Shown in pieces: positions 20,014-30,007 of a stretch of 64,000 nucleotides of DNA (the first letter of the stretch is position 1; each line of letters starts with the position of its first letter). The notes under the pieces are model-generated. The model saw nothing but the letters and a program-made list of their open reading frames with translations. It made no database searches and was not told where the DNA came from. Both the position numbers and the translations under genes were made by a program. The DNA lies in contig JAFRQS010000011.1 of the NCBI GenBank assembly GCA_017428495.1, forward strand, positions 74,920 through 138,919, given 5' to 3'. Source of the DNA: Bacilli bacterium. Lineage in GTDB: Bacteria > Bacillota_I > Bacilli_A > RF39 > UBA660.

Positions 20014-22332
20014 CTAAAATACTATTTTATATACTTCTTTATATTTTTTAACAAATATAAATTTAATATCTTTTTTTATTTCTTCTGGTATTTCATCTAA
20101 ATCTTTTTCATTTTTAATAGGTAAAATAATAGTTTTAATACCACTTCTATGTGCACCTATACATTTTTCTTTTAATCCACCTATAGGCAATATTTCTCCT
20201 CTTAATGTTATTTCACCTGTCATACCTATTTTATTATTAATAGCTTTATTTGTAAATGCACTTATTATAGCAGTAGTAAGTGTTATTCCTGCAGATGGAC
20301 CATCTTTTGGTACAGCACCTTCTGGTACATGTATATGTATATCACTATTTTCAAGTAAATCATAATCTATATTAAATTCTTTATAATGACTTTTTATATA
20401 ACTTAGTGCTATCTTGGCACTTTCTTTCATTACGTCACCCAAAGAACCAGTAAGAGTAAGTTCTCCTTTACCTTTATAATAACATACTTCAATAGGCAAA
20501 ATAGTACCACCAAATTCTGTATATGCAAGACCATTTGCTACTCCACTAGGAAGAGGCTCATTTTCTTCATCTAAATATCTTTTCTTACCTAAATATTCTT
20601 CAATATTTTTTTCAGTAATAGAATATTTTTTCTTAGTACTAATTTTATTTACAATATTAGTACTTATTTTTCTTAATACATCTGCTATTTTTCTTTCTAA
20701 ATCTCTTACTCCAGCTTCTTTAGTATAATTTCTAATAATAGAAAGTATTGCACCATCACTAAATGTTACATCCTTACTAGTTAAACCATGCTCTAATATT
20801 TCTCTTTTAATTAAATGCTTTTTAGCAATATCTAACTTTTCTAATTCTGTATAACCACTAAGCTCAATTATTTCTAATCTATCTCTTAAAGCTTCGGGTA
20901 TTTGATATAAATAATTAGCTGTTAATATAAACATAACATTTGATAAATCAAATTCTTCTTCTACATAACTATCTACAAAATATTTGTTCTGTTCTGGATC
21001 TAACACTTCAAGTAAAGAACTAGCAGGATCACCTTTTATATCTTTAGTCATCTTATCTATTTCATCAATTAAAAATACAGGATTATTACTATTACATTTT
21101 TTCATAGCAGTAATAATTTTACCAGGATTAGATCCAATATAAGTTCTTCTATGTCCTACTATTTCAGCTTCATCATTAACTCCACCAACACTTATTTTAA
21201 CAAAGTTTCTATTAGTAGCATCTGCAATACTCCTAGCAAGAGATGTTTTTCCTACACCTGGTGGACCAACTAAACATATTATTGGACTTTTTAAATTATT
21301 CGATAACTGCTTAACTGCCAAATATTCTATAATTCTATCTTTAACTTTATCAAGTCCATAATGAGTAGAATCTAATTTCTTTCTAGCTAATTTTAAATCT
21401 TTATTTTCATTTGTTTTAACTTCCCATGGTAAAGATAATAATAATTCAATATAATTTCTTACAACACCAACTTCTGGTGAATTAGAATTCATTAATTCAT
21501 ATTTCTTTAACTCATTATATAATTTATCTTTTATATAACTTGGACATTTAAACTTATCAATTTTTACTTTTAATAAGTTTACATCTGATTCTTTTAAATT
21601 AACATCCCCAAGTTCTTCTCTTATTAATCTTATTTTTTCTCTTAATATAAATTCCTTTTGATTATCATCTAAAGTCTTTTTTAATTTAATATCTATCTTT
21701 TTATCTAATTCTAATATTTCTTCTTCAGTCTTTATATCTTCAAACAACATTATTACCCTTTTATAAGGATTAACTGTAGTTAAATATTCTAATTTTCTTT
21801 CAAATTCGATTGGCAAATAATTTGCAACAATATCACTTATTTTTGAAATACTATTTAGTTCTCCTATTTGTGCTAAAACACTATTACTTACATTTGGCAC
21901 ATTAGATACATATGCTTCTACTCTTCTTTGCAATTTTCTTATTAATGCTTTCTCATCAACAGGAGACATAGCAAACTGTGTAGTGCTTGTAATAACCGCA
22001 TCTAATATATTGGCTTCACCTTCATAATCTTTATATTCCAATACATTTACTCTATTTATTCCTTCAAGAACAATTCTAGTAGTTCTTCCGATTTGCATTT
22101 TCATTGTTACTTTAGCAACTGTACCTATTTTAGGCAATTTATTAATATCAATATTTTCATCAAGTGGATTAACTTGACTAACTAAAAGAATGTGGGAGTC
22201 ATGATTCATTTCTGATACATCTAATACATGCTTATCTATATCATTATTTAATTCTAACCTAAATTCACAATATGGTAGTAATACTGCACCTCTAAGTATT
22301 ATTACTGGTAAATTAGTTTTAATCATAAGCAT
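20014..22332 (-). CDS. lon: ATP-dependent protease Lon (La)
   Basis: 772 aa; Lon N-domain, Walker A GPPGVGKTS, proteolytic Ser-Lys dyad region PKDGPSAGIT...; RBS GGGAGGG upstream of ATG at 22330-22332. Confidence 0.9.
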   Translation of the reverse strand: MLMIKTNLPVIILRGAVLLPYCEFRLELNNDIDKHVLDVSEMNHDSHILLVSQVNPLDENIDINKLPKIGTVAKVTMKMQIGRTTRIVLEGINRVNVLEYKDYEGEANILDAVITSTTQFAMSPVDEKALIRKLQRRVEAYVSNVPNVSNSVLAQIGELNSISKISDIVANYLPIEFERKLEYLTTVNPYKRVIMLFEDIKTEEEILELDKKIDIKLKKTLDDNQKEFILREKIRLIREELGDVNLKESDVNLLKVKIDKFKCPSYIKDKLYNELKKYELMNSNSPEVGVVRNYIELLLSLPWEVKTNENKDLKLARKKLDSTHYGLDKVKDRIIEYLAVKQLSNNLKSPIICLVGPPGVGKTSLARSIADATNRNFVKISVGGVNDEAEIVGHRRTYIGSNPGKIITAMKKCNSNNPVFLIDEIDKMTKDIKGDPASSLLEVLDPEQNKYFVDSYVEEEFDLSNVMFILTANYLYQIPEALRDRLEIIELSGYTELEKLDIAKKHLIKREILEHGLTSKDVTFSDGAILSIIRNYTKEAGVRDLERKIADVLRKISTNIVNKISTKKKYSITEKNIEEYLGKKRYLDEENEPLPSGVANGLAYTEFGGTILPIEVCYYKGKGELTLTGSLGDVMKESAKIALSYIKSHYKEFNIDYDLLENSDIHIHVPEGAVPKDGPSAGITLTTAIISAFTNKAINNKIGMTGEITLRGEILPIGGLKEKCIGAHRSGIKTIILPIKNEKDLDEIPEEIKKDIKFIFVKKYKEVYKIVF

Positions 22333-22502
22333 ACCCTCCCAGAAACAATAATTATTATACTTATTTTATATTTTTTGTCTATCAAAAAATCAATAAATTT
22401 TTAACTTTTTTATACTAATATTTTTTTATTGTTTTTTTTCATTTTTTTGATAGACATTAATAATTTATTATGCTATCATAAAGGTCAAAGATATTATGGA
22501 AA

Positions 22503-22533
22503 TTAAAAAGGCATTTAATATAAATGCCTTTTA
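22503..22533 (-). terminator. rho-independent terminator of EamA-family gene (upstream edge of lon promoter region)
   Basis: AGGCATTTA-ATA-TAAATGCCT hairpin overlapping stop codon, followed on minus strand by CTTTTTAATTT. Confidence 0.5.
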
Positions 22534-23430
22534 TATATCTAAAACTGCTAATATAAATATGCCCACCAAAACAATACCTATTGATGCGTATTCTTTTCTA
22601 CTTAATTTTTCTTTTAAAAATACTCTAGATAAAATCATAGATAGGACACAATAACTTCCTACTATTGGTGCTGATATTGTTGAATTACTAGACATTGCAT
22701 AAACATAAAAGAATTGACCTATTGTTTCAAATATTGCTGCAAATATTTTTGGCTTTTCAAAAGAGATGTTAAAAGTCTCTTTTTTTAATTTTAAATAAAT
22801 ATATGTAATTATTGAATATAATAAAAATGTTAATTCATATGCAATAAGAGCACTATCTTCATTAATCAATTCAAATTTATCTAAATATATTCCATCTAAA
22901 AAAGTCCCTGCACCATCTAATATACAATAAATCAAAGGAAAAACAATTGTATATATTATAACCTTTAATTTCACATTATTCTTTTTATATTCAATTCTCA
23001 CTGATTTATTTTCTTTTACTTCAATTAATGATAATGCAAATATACCTATAAATATTAATGCTACTGCAATATAGAATGGAAAATCATAATGTTCTTTAAA
23101 AAATACTAATAATAATAATGCAGTAATGACACCACTAGTATTTTGTACTGGACTGGATATAGATAATTCTAAATATTTTAATCCTTTATATCCTATAACC
23201 ATACTAGAAATATATAACAATGAAACTGGTAAATATTTTAATATATCAATAATATCTATTGAAAGTCCTTTAACAATCATATAGATAATAGCATGAATAC
23301 CCATTACTAATCCAACTATTATTCCTGTTTTTAAATGATTATTATCTTCATCACCTTTATTACCAATTTTATAAAATAAATCTGCTACACCCCAGCATAC
23401 AAATGTTAAAAGAGCAAACATAATCCACAT
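22531..23430 (-). CDS. EamA/DMT-superfamily transporter
   Basis: 299 aa, about 10 TM helices arranged as two EamA-like halves. Confidence 0.6.
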   Translation of the reverse strand: MWIMFALLTFVCWGVADLFYKIGNKGDEDNNHLKTGIIVGLVMGIHAIIYMIVKGLSIDIIDILKYLPVSLLYISSMVIGYKGLKYLELSISSPVQNTSGVITALLLLVFFKEHYDFPFYIAVALIFIGIFALSLIEVKENKSVRIEYKKNNVKLKVIIYTIVFPLIYCILDGAGTFLDGIYLDKFELINEDSALIAYELTFLLYSIITYIYLKLKKETFNISFEKPKIFAAIFETIGQFFYVYAMSSNSTISAPIVGSYCVLSMILSRVFLKEKLSRKEYASIGIVLVGIFILAVLDI

Positions 23431-23471
23431 ATAATACTTCTCCTTATCAAAAATAAAAAAGAGCTATGCTC

Positions 23472-24719
23472 TTAATTATTCTCCTTTAAGAACTCTAAAG
23501 CTTTACGCATTTTTAAATCATAACCGACCATATCTTTACCACCAAATGCTTTAACTAATTCTTCTTTAGTCATTTGATACATTTTTGCAAGTCTTTCAGT
23601 TTCTTCTTCTCTTTCTTTATCTGTTACATCAATCTTTTCTTTTTTAGCAATTTCTTCCATCATATATCTATATGTAATGTTTTTCTCTGCTTCAGGTTTC
23701 AATTCTTCCTCTAAATCATCGATTGATTTCTTTGAAAATTGTAAATATTGATCTAAAGATAACCCTTGCATATGAAGCCTTTGATCATATGTATCTAGCA
23801 TACGATGAATCTCTTCATGCACTAATTCATCTGGAATATCTATAGTTGTTTCTTTTCTAACTGCTTCTAATATTTCATCAATAAACTTATTATCAATTGA
23901 CTTTTCTTTTTGTTCAGTTAAATCTTTCTTTATATGCTTTTTTAATTCTTCTAATGAATTAACATTTTCTATACCTATATCATCAAAAAATTCTTCATTT
24001 ATTTCTGGTAACTTTCTTGTTTTTACTTCATGTACAGTTACTTTAAATACAACTGCTTGACCTTTTAGCTCTTCACTTGGGTAATCCTCTGGAAATGTAA
24101 GATTTATATCTTTCTTATCACCAGTCTTAAGTCCAATCAAAGCATCTTCAAAGCCAGGAATAAATGTGTTACTACCAATTTCTAATGGATAGTTCTCACC
24201 TTTTCCACCATCAAAAGCTACTCCATCTTTAAATCCTTCAAAATCAATTACAGCAGTATCTCCTTTTTTTATCTTTCCTTCCTTAATTTCAATTTCAGCA
24301 TATTGTTCTCTCAATCTATTAATTTCTGTTTCGACCTCTTCTGCACTAACTTTAGCCTTTTCTCTTTTTACACCTAAACCTGTATATTTTTTTATTTTTA
24401 CTTCTGGTTCAGTAATAATTGTAAATTCAATTTCTACTCCATTTTTATCTATACTTTTAATATCAATAGATGGTTGAACAACTGGCACTAATTTACTTTC
24501 AGTTAATACTTCTGAATATAAATTAGGCAATATCATATCAACAGCATCATTATATAAAGATTCAACACCATATTTTTTTTCAAAAATATTCCTTGGACAT
24601 TTTCCCTCTCTAAAACCATCTACTTTAACTTTTTTTACATTTTTTTCAAATGATTTATTTAATGCTTCTTTCCAAGCATCACCATCTACTTTTTTAACAA
24701 CTACATGTTTATTTGACAT
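23472..24719 (-). CDS. tig: trigger factor (ribosome-associated PPIase chaperone)
   Basis: VKVDGFREGKCPRNIFEKKYG matches trigger-factor N-domain signature (RIDGFRKGKVP...); central FKBP-type domain; start set at MSNKH. Confidence 0.85.
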   Translation of the reverse strand: MSNKHVVVKKVDGDAWKEALNKSFEKNVKKVKVDGFREGKCPRNIFEKKYGVESLYNDAVDMILPNLYSEVLTESKLVPVVQPSIDIKSIDKNGVEIEFTIITEPEVKIKKYTGLGVKREKAKVSAEEVETEINRLREQYAEIEIKEGKIKKGDTAVIDFEGFKDGVAFDGGKGENYPLEIGSNTFIPGFEDALIGLKTGDKKDINLTFPEDYPSEELKGQAVVFKVTVHEVKTRKLPEINEEFFDDIGIENVNSLEELKKHIKKDLTEQKEKSIDNKFIDEILEAVRKETTIDIPDELVHEEIHRMLDTYDQRLHMQGLSLDQYLQFSKKSIDDLEEELKPEAEKNITYRYMMEEIAKKEKIDVTDKEREEETERLAKMYQMTKEELVKAFGGKDMVGYDLKMRKALEFLKENN

Positions 24720-24762
24720 AAAATTCCTCCTACAAAACATTTAATATTATATATAATATACT

Positions 24763-24790
24763 AAAAAAATGCAACTAGTTGCATTTATTT
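24763..24790 (-). terminator. rho-independent terminator (perfect 20-bp palindrome AAATGCAACTAGTTGCATTT) after metallophosphoesterase gene
   Basis: Perfect palindrome with A-run upstream/T-run downstream; lies between the metallophosphoesterase stop and tig start. Confidence 0.55.
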
Positions 24791-25696
24791 ATCTAAACTT
24801 TCCTTTTTATGCTTAATCTTTTTTACTTTACCATCATCATCAAAATAAACATCTACAAAGTAAAATGAAATATGACTATTATAACCTTTACTCTTATGAT
24901 ATGGTGATAAATGCATAAGTGCCCCTGTTCTAACACATAAAACACCATAAATATCATTATGATATGGAGTGTGCATATGTCCAAGATGCACGATATTAGG
25001 TCTCTCATTCTCAGGTATATTTCTTATGTATAAACCAGCTTTAAAATCAATTGAACCATTTTGAAGTGTATTACCATGAACTAAATCTATTATTAGATTA
25101 CCTATAGCTATTTTTCTTCTATTTGCACCTAAATATATAACATCATCACGTCTTTCACTAAAATCTTTTAATATTTCTTTACCAGTAAGTTGATACCAAT
25201 AATCATCATGATTACCACTTACTATTAATGTTTTATTGCTATAACTTGGATAATAATGCAATGAATAATCTAATTGTCCTTCATATGTTCTTTCTCTTAA
25301 TTCTCTTATATGATCTTTGTTCATTGGATTTAAACCATCTACAAAATCACCACAATGTAAAACAAAATCTGTTTGATTCTTCTCAATAATATAATATGCA
25401 TCACGTATTTCTTCAACTGCATCGCTTTTACTACATAAATGAGTATCACCAAGCAATGCAAGTCTTAAATGTTCTTTATTTGAATATATTTTATAAGTTC
25501 CCTCTGTTATTGGTGGCCTCTTCAAGCGTTTATAATCTTCACCAAACAATTTTGTGTAGATACTAGTATCATCTAAAGAATCTATAAGCAACATAACTTG
25601 AGAATCACTCAAGTTTAATTCGGAACATATTTCATAAAAATTTTTCTTTTTTGCTAGCAAATATCTAAACTTACAATATAATTCTTTAGTAAACAT
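24785..25696 (-). CDS. calcineurin-like metallophosphoesterase
   Basis: 303 aa; motifs GDTHL, GDFVDG, GNHD, GHMH in canonical order. Confidence 0.7.
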   Translation of the reverse strand: MFTKELYCKFRYLLAKKKNFYEICSELNLSDSQVMLLIDSLDDTSIYTKLFGEDYKRLKRPPITEGTYKIYSNKEHLRLALLGDTHLCSKSDAVEEIRDAYYIIEKNQTDFVLHCGDFVDGLNPMNKDHIRELRERTYEGQLDYSLHYYPSYSNKTLIVSGNHDDYWYQLTGKEILKDFSERRDDVIYLGANRRKIAIGNLIIDLVHGNTLQNGSIDFKAGLYIRNIPENERPNIVHLGHMHTPYHNDIYGVLCVRTGALMHLSPYHKSKGYNSHISFYFVDVYFDDDGKVKKIKHKKESLDK

Positions 25697-25760
25697 AATA
25701 CCTACACCCCCTCTTTTTTATTGATATTATACATATTTTTAAAAAAAAAGCAACTTTACG

Positions 25761-26231
25761 TTACTTTATCTCTACTAATTCAATATCATATTTACCATTT
25801 GGACTTTCAACTGTAACAACTGAGCCTTTTTTCTTACCAAGTAATGCCTTAGCAATTGGAGATTCATTAGATATCTTGTTTTCAAATGGGTCAGCTTCTG
25901 TACTTCCAACTATTTGATATTCTTCTGTGTCATCTTCACCATCATATCTTATTACAACAGATGAACCAATTCTAACAACATCACTAGCACCTTCATTAAT
26001 TATAACAGCATGATCTATCATATATTCAAGCTCTTGAATTCTGCCTTCAATTATAGCTTGTTCTTCCCTTGCTGAATGATATTCAGCATTTTCAGACAAA
26101 TCACCTAATGCCCTAGCTTCTTTAATTGCCTTAATTATTTCCGGGCGTTTAACTCTCTTCAATTCATCTAATTCTTCTTCTATTTCTGTAAAACCTTTAG
26201 CAGTAAGAAAAACTTCTTTTTTATCTGCCAT
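25761..26231 (-). CDS. greA: transcription elongation factor GreA
   Basis: LTAKGFTEIEEELDELKRVKRPEIIKAIKEARALGDLSENAEYHSAREEQ... coiled-coil N-domain plus FKBP-like C-domain; start set at MADKKEV. Confidence 0.85.
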   Translation of the reverse strand: MADKKEVFLTAKGFTEIEEELDELKRVKRPEIIKAIKEARALGDLSENAEYHSAREEQAIIEGRIQELEYMIDHAVIINEGASDVVRIGSSVVIRYDGEDDTEEYQIVGSTEADPFENKISNESPIAKALLGKKKGSVVTVESPNGKYDIELVEIK

Positions 26232-26331
26232 AATTATCACCTCTTAATTTTTTCACTTAGTTCATAATACGCTATTTTCAAAATATTGTCAATAGCATTT
26301 TTATATATAATATGCATCAGCAAAATAATGA

Positions 26332-26910
26332 TTACTCATTTCTACAAGAAACACTTATTCCATCACCAATTTTATAAAAAGTTGTATCAAATTCTGTATT
26401 GGTCTTTAAAAATTCAATATAATCTCTAATGTGATTTACTAATTGTCTTAAATTCTTACTTGGTATTCTTTCCTCTTGCTCTACAAGGCCATGAAATTCC
26501 ATATTATCTGAGATAATAACACCATTCTTACTCAAGTTTTTAGAATACTTATCAAAAAATTTAATATATTGACCTTTAGCAGCATCAATAAATATCAAAT
26601 CATATTTACCATCAAGAGTAATATCTAATGCATCAGCATGTACTAATGTAATCCTTTTCTCCAAATTAAAATCCTTAATATTTTTGATTGCCATTAAATA
26701 TCTCTCATCATCTTTTTCAATAGTTGTCACTTTAACTTTATCATTTACTAAAGCCATTTTAATTGCTGAATAACCAATTGCAGAACCAATTTCTAAAATA
26801 TTCTTAACGTTGTTTTCAGCTATATATTTACTTAAAAACTCAATTCCAGTTTTTTGCATTATTGGAACATTATGTTCTTTAGCATATTTTTCTATTTGTT
26901 TAAAATTCAT
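26332..26910 (-). CDS. class I SAM-dependent O-methyltransferase (family 3, YrrM/TrmR-like)
   Basis: 192 aa; SAM-binding motif LEIGSAIGYSAI and acidic motif FIDAAK. Confidence 0.65.
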   Translation of the reverse strand: MNFKQIEKYAKEHNVPIMQKTGIEFLSKYIAENNVKNILEIGSAIGYSAIKMALVNDKVKVTTIEKDDERYLMAIKNIKDFNLEKRITLVHADALDITLDGKYDLIFIDAAKGQYIKFFDKYSKNLSKNGVIISDNMEFHGLVEQEERIPSKNLRQLVNHIRDYIEFLKTNTEFDTTFYKIGDGISVSCRNE

Positions 26911-26924
26911 ATTTTAACCTCTTT

Positions 26925-26960
26925 GTAAAAAATAGTAACTTCAATCAAATTGAAATTACT
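26925..26960 (-). terminator. rho-independent terminator downstream of recO
   Basis: GTAACTTCAAT-caaa-ATTGAAATTAC imperfect hairpin preceded (minus strand: followed) by a T-run. Confidence 0.4.
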
Positions 26961-27004
26961 AGATAATAATATACTTTTTTTTTAATTTTGTCAAATTATA
27001 CGTT

Positions 27005-27751
27005 TTATACATATATATTTACCATTTTTAAATCGTCTATAAACTTTTTACAATTTAAATATATCCCAGTATGAGTATTATAATATTCTGTTAAAAAATC
27101 ATCTATAGCATTTTTTATTTTCGAATCCATATCTATTTTAGATATTTTAGAAATATCTAGATAATAGTACATTCTTAAATATTTAATAACTTTTAAATCT
27201 ACCAGTTTCTCATTTATTCTACACTTATTACATAATAAACCATTTTTATCTGCTGAAATAGTCACAATATCAGTACTTTTACCACAAATAGTACATCTAT
27301 CTAATATAGGCTCAACACCTAAATATTTAAGTAATTTTAATTCTAAAATATTAGTAATAACTAAAGGATCATATGACTCATTAATTTTTAATATTGAATT
27401 TATAAATAAATTATATATTTCATCCTTTTTCATAGATTGATTAAGAACTTGATGTACAAGCTCAGATAAATAAGTTGCAAAACTAATATTTATGATACTA
27501 TTTCTAATATTTAATAATGGATTATAAATGTCTACACTATTAAGAATAGATAATTTATCTTCCTTATAATATATGTGAAATAACCCATATGTAAGTCTAC
27601 TTGATACCCCTGACAACTTACTTTTTATTTTCTTAGAACCTTTAGAGATTATACCTATAACACCATATTCTTTGGTAAATAAATCTAATATTTTACTAGA
27701 TTCACCATAATCTCTCTCTCTTAAAATAATTCCTTCAATATCTTTAAGCAT
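27005..27751 (-). CDS. recO: DNA repair protein RecO
   Basis: 248 aa; N-terminal OB-fold region (GIILRERDYGESSKILDLFTKEYGVIGIISKG) and C-terminal 4-Cys zinc motif (CTICGK...CNKC). Confidence 0.8.
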   Translation of the reverse strand: MLKDIEGIILRERDYGESSKILDLFTKEYGVIGIISKGSKKIKSKLSGVSSRLTYGLFHIYYKEDKLSILNSVDIYNPLLNIRNSIINISFATYLSELVHQVLNQSMKKDEIYNLFINSILKINESYDPLVITNILELKLLKYLGVEPILDRCTICGKSTDIVTISADKNGLLCNKCRINEKLVDLKVIKYLRMYYYLDISKISKIDMDSKIKNAIDDFLTEYYNTHTGIYLNCKKFIDDLKMVNIYV

Positions 27752-27752
27752 A

Positions 27753-27845
27753 TTATTTTCCTTTCTTAATCATTTCTTTATATTTTAAATAATATGTTAT
27801 CTTTCCAGTTTTCTTAAATAAATTCCATAAATCTTCTTTTGTCAT
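27753..27845 (-). CDS. yqzL: small YqzL-like protein (30 aa) between era and recO; not in ORF track
   Basis: Manual translation MTKEDLWNLFKKTGKITYYLKYKEMIKKGK with RBS GGTGGAT upstream of the ATG (27843-27845). Its position between era and recO matches the B. subtilis era-yqzL-recO order. Confidence 0.5.
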   Translation of the reverse strand: MTKEDLWNLFKKTGKITYYLKYKEMIKKGK

Positions 27846-27890
27846 AAAATATCCACCTTTCTATTATATGGTGGACATTTATTTTAATTA

Positions 27891-28775
27891 TTATTCATTA
27901 TTTTTGTAACCAAATTCAATTAAATATCTTTCTTTATCTCTCCATTTAGGAACAGTTTTTACAAATAAATTTAAATATACTTTTTTACCAAATAATGCTT
28001 CAATATCTTTTCTTGAATCTATTCCAATTTTCTTAATCATTTCACCATTATGACCTATAATTATCTTTTTTAAATTTTCTCTTTCAACAATTATAAGTAC
28101 ATCTACTTCAATAGCATCCTTACCAGGTTTAATATTTTCAGTTATACAAGTTATTGCATGTGGAACTTCCTCATTAGTATAATTAAGAATTTTTTCTCTT
28201 ACATATTCTGCCGCAAAAAATTCAGCATTTTTATCAGTAATATAATCATCATCATAATATTTAATATCATCTGTTAAATATTTCTTAATCTCTTTAATTA
28301 ATATATCTGTATCTTCTTTTTTTATTACAGATAAAGGAATTATTTCTTTAAAATCATATAAATCTTTATATTCATCTATTTTTCTTAATATCATTTCTTT
28401 TGGTATTTTATCTATTTTATTCAATACCAAAATAACAGGTTTATCTATATCTTTTAATTTATCTAGTACAAACTTATCACCACTACCATAACGCTCACTT
28501 ATATCAACAACCAAAACAAGTATATCAACATCATTAATTGAATAATACGCTTGACTATTAAGCGCTTTACCTAAACTATGCTTAGGTTTATGAATTCCAG
28601 GTGTATCTATAAATACAATTTGTGTATCTTCATCATGATAAATTCCCATTATATTATTTCTTGTTGTTTGAGCTTTAGGACTTACTATTGCAATTTTTCT
28701 ATCCATTATTGTATTCAATAATGTAGATTTACCTACATTAGGTCTACCTATAATACTTACAAAGCCAGACTTCAT
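27891..28775 (-). CDS. era: GTPase Era
   Basis: 294 aa; G1 GRPNVGKST, G3 DTPG, G4 NKID, C-terminal KH domain. Confidence 0.9.
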   Translation of the reverse strand: MKSGFVSIIGRPNVGKSTLLNTIMDRKIAIVSPKAQTTRNNIMGIYHDEDTQIVFIDTPGIHKPKHSLGKALNSQAYYSINDVDILVLVVDISERYGSGDKFVLDKLKDIDKPVILVLNKIDKIPKEMILRKIDEYKDLYDFKEIIPLSVIKKEDTDILIKEIKKYLTDDIKYYDDDYITDKNAEFFAAEYVREKILNYTNEEVPHAITCITENIKPGKDAIEVDVLIIVERENLKKIIIGHNGEMIKKIGIDSRKDIEALFGKKVYLNLFVKTVPKWRDKERYLIEFGYKNNE

Positions 28776-29149
28776 AGTAAATCTTCCTCCCCAAATTTAT
28801 GTGGACACAACTCTTCTAAAATCATTTCCTTAGTATTACCAATAGTATCATATATATATACTTTAGTATTCATATTACAATAATCTACTAAAGCTTGTCT
28901 ACATATAAAACAAGGAGTTACACCTTTATTACTCATAACATGAATTTCTTTAATGTCTTCTTTTTTAACTCCATTAGTTATCGCATTATATAGTGCATTT
29001 CTTTCAGCACAAATTCCTGCTGCTGGACTTGATGTTTCTACATTAACACCATAAAAATTTCCCTTATCAGTAACAATACAAGCACTTACAGGGAAATGAA
29101 AATAATCACTTCTACTTTTATTTAACAAATTAATTAATACTTCTTTCAT
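28772..29149 (-). CDS. cdd: cytidine deaminase
   Basis: Zinc motifs CAERNA and PCFICRQ; start set at MKEVL (the ORF-track 5' extension overlaps dgkA). Confidence 0.8.
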   Translation of the reverse strand: MKEVLINLLNKSRSDYFHFPVSACIVTDKGNFYGVNVETSSPAAGICAERNALYNAITNGVKKEDIKEIHVMSNKGVTPCFICRQALVDYCNMNTKVYIYDTIGNTKEMILEELCPHKFGEEDLL

Positions 29150-29157
29150 AAAACCTC

Positions 29158-29589
29158 CTATGCGAAAAGAATTGCTATTTTTGGATAAAATATAATTATA
29201 TTCAATATTAATATAACAACAAATATAATAAACGTTGCTCCAGAACCACAATCTTTTGCAATCTTAATATATGGATTATAATCTTTTGTAATGGCATCAC
29301 AAGCTTTTTCAATAGCAGTATTTAACAATTCTACAGCTAAAAGTATACCAAGCATACATATAATTAATATCCATTCAAGACCATTTATATGAAATATAAA
29401 ACCAAATATTATCTCAAGTATACTTCCAAAAGAATATAAAATTATGCTTTTGCCATCATCTGCATAGCTTTTAATACCATTTAATGAATACTTTATAACG
29501 TTCATTACAGACTTTGGATTTAAATCTCTTCTTTCAAACTCTTCCATTAATGTTAGATTTTTCTTCTTATCTTTTGATCCCATAGCCAT
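29158..29589 (-). CDS. dgkA: diacylglycerol/undecaprenol kinase DgkA family
   Basis: 143 aa, three TM helices, IKYSLNGIKSYADDGKS N-terminal amphipathic region and ELLNTAIE motif. Confidence 0.75.
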   Translation of the reverse strand: MAMGSKDKKKNLTLMEEFERRDLNPKSVMNVIKYSLNGIKSYADDGKSIILYSFGSILEIIFGFIFHINGLEWILIICMLGILLAVELLNTAIEKACDAITKDYNPYIKIAKDCGSGATFIIFVVILILNIIIFYPKIAILFA

Positions 29590-30007
29590 CTAATATTTCC
29601 TCCTGTAATTTAAACATAACCTTCTCATCTTCTTCATTCATATGATCATACCCAAGCAAATGTAAAAAACCATGTATCATTAAAAACGCTAATTCCCTTA
29701 AATATGAATGACCATACTCAATTGATTGAGTTTTAGCCTTGTCAATTGATATGTATATATCACCCAATATAGTAACATTATCAAAAACTACATTCTCATA
29801 ATCTGCAAGCCTAAAAGTTATAACATCAGTTTCCCTATCAATATTTCTATATGTCTTATTTAATTCTCTAATTTTAGCATTATCTACAAATATTACATTA
29901 AATTCAACTTCATCTAATTTCATATATTTTATAGCATACTTAATTAACTTCTTTAATTCAGATAAATTCTCGATTTTTTCTTTTGTTTCATTTTCAAAAC
30001 TAACCAT
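29567..30007 (-). CDS. ybeY: endoribonuclease YbeY (rRNA maturation factor)
   Basis: 146 aa; H-x3-H-x5-H motif HGFLHLLGYDH. Confidence 0.85.
   Translation of the reverse strand: MVSFENETKEKIENLSELKKLIKYAIKYMKLDEVEFNVIFVDNAKIRELNKTYRNIDRETDVITFRLADYENVVFDNVTILGDIYISIDKAKTQSIEYGHSYLRELAFLMIHGFLHLLGYDHMNEEDEKVMFKLQEEILDGYGIKR

Noticed and set aside
22481-22489. CtsR operator (GGTCAAA) upstream of lon
   Set aside because: Only a single heptad; the required direct repeat partner 3 nt away is absent.
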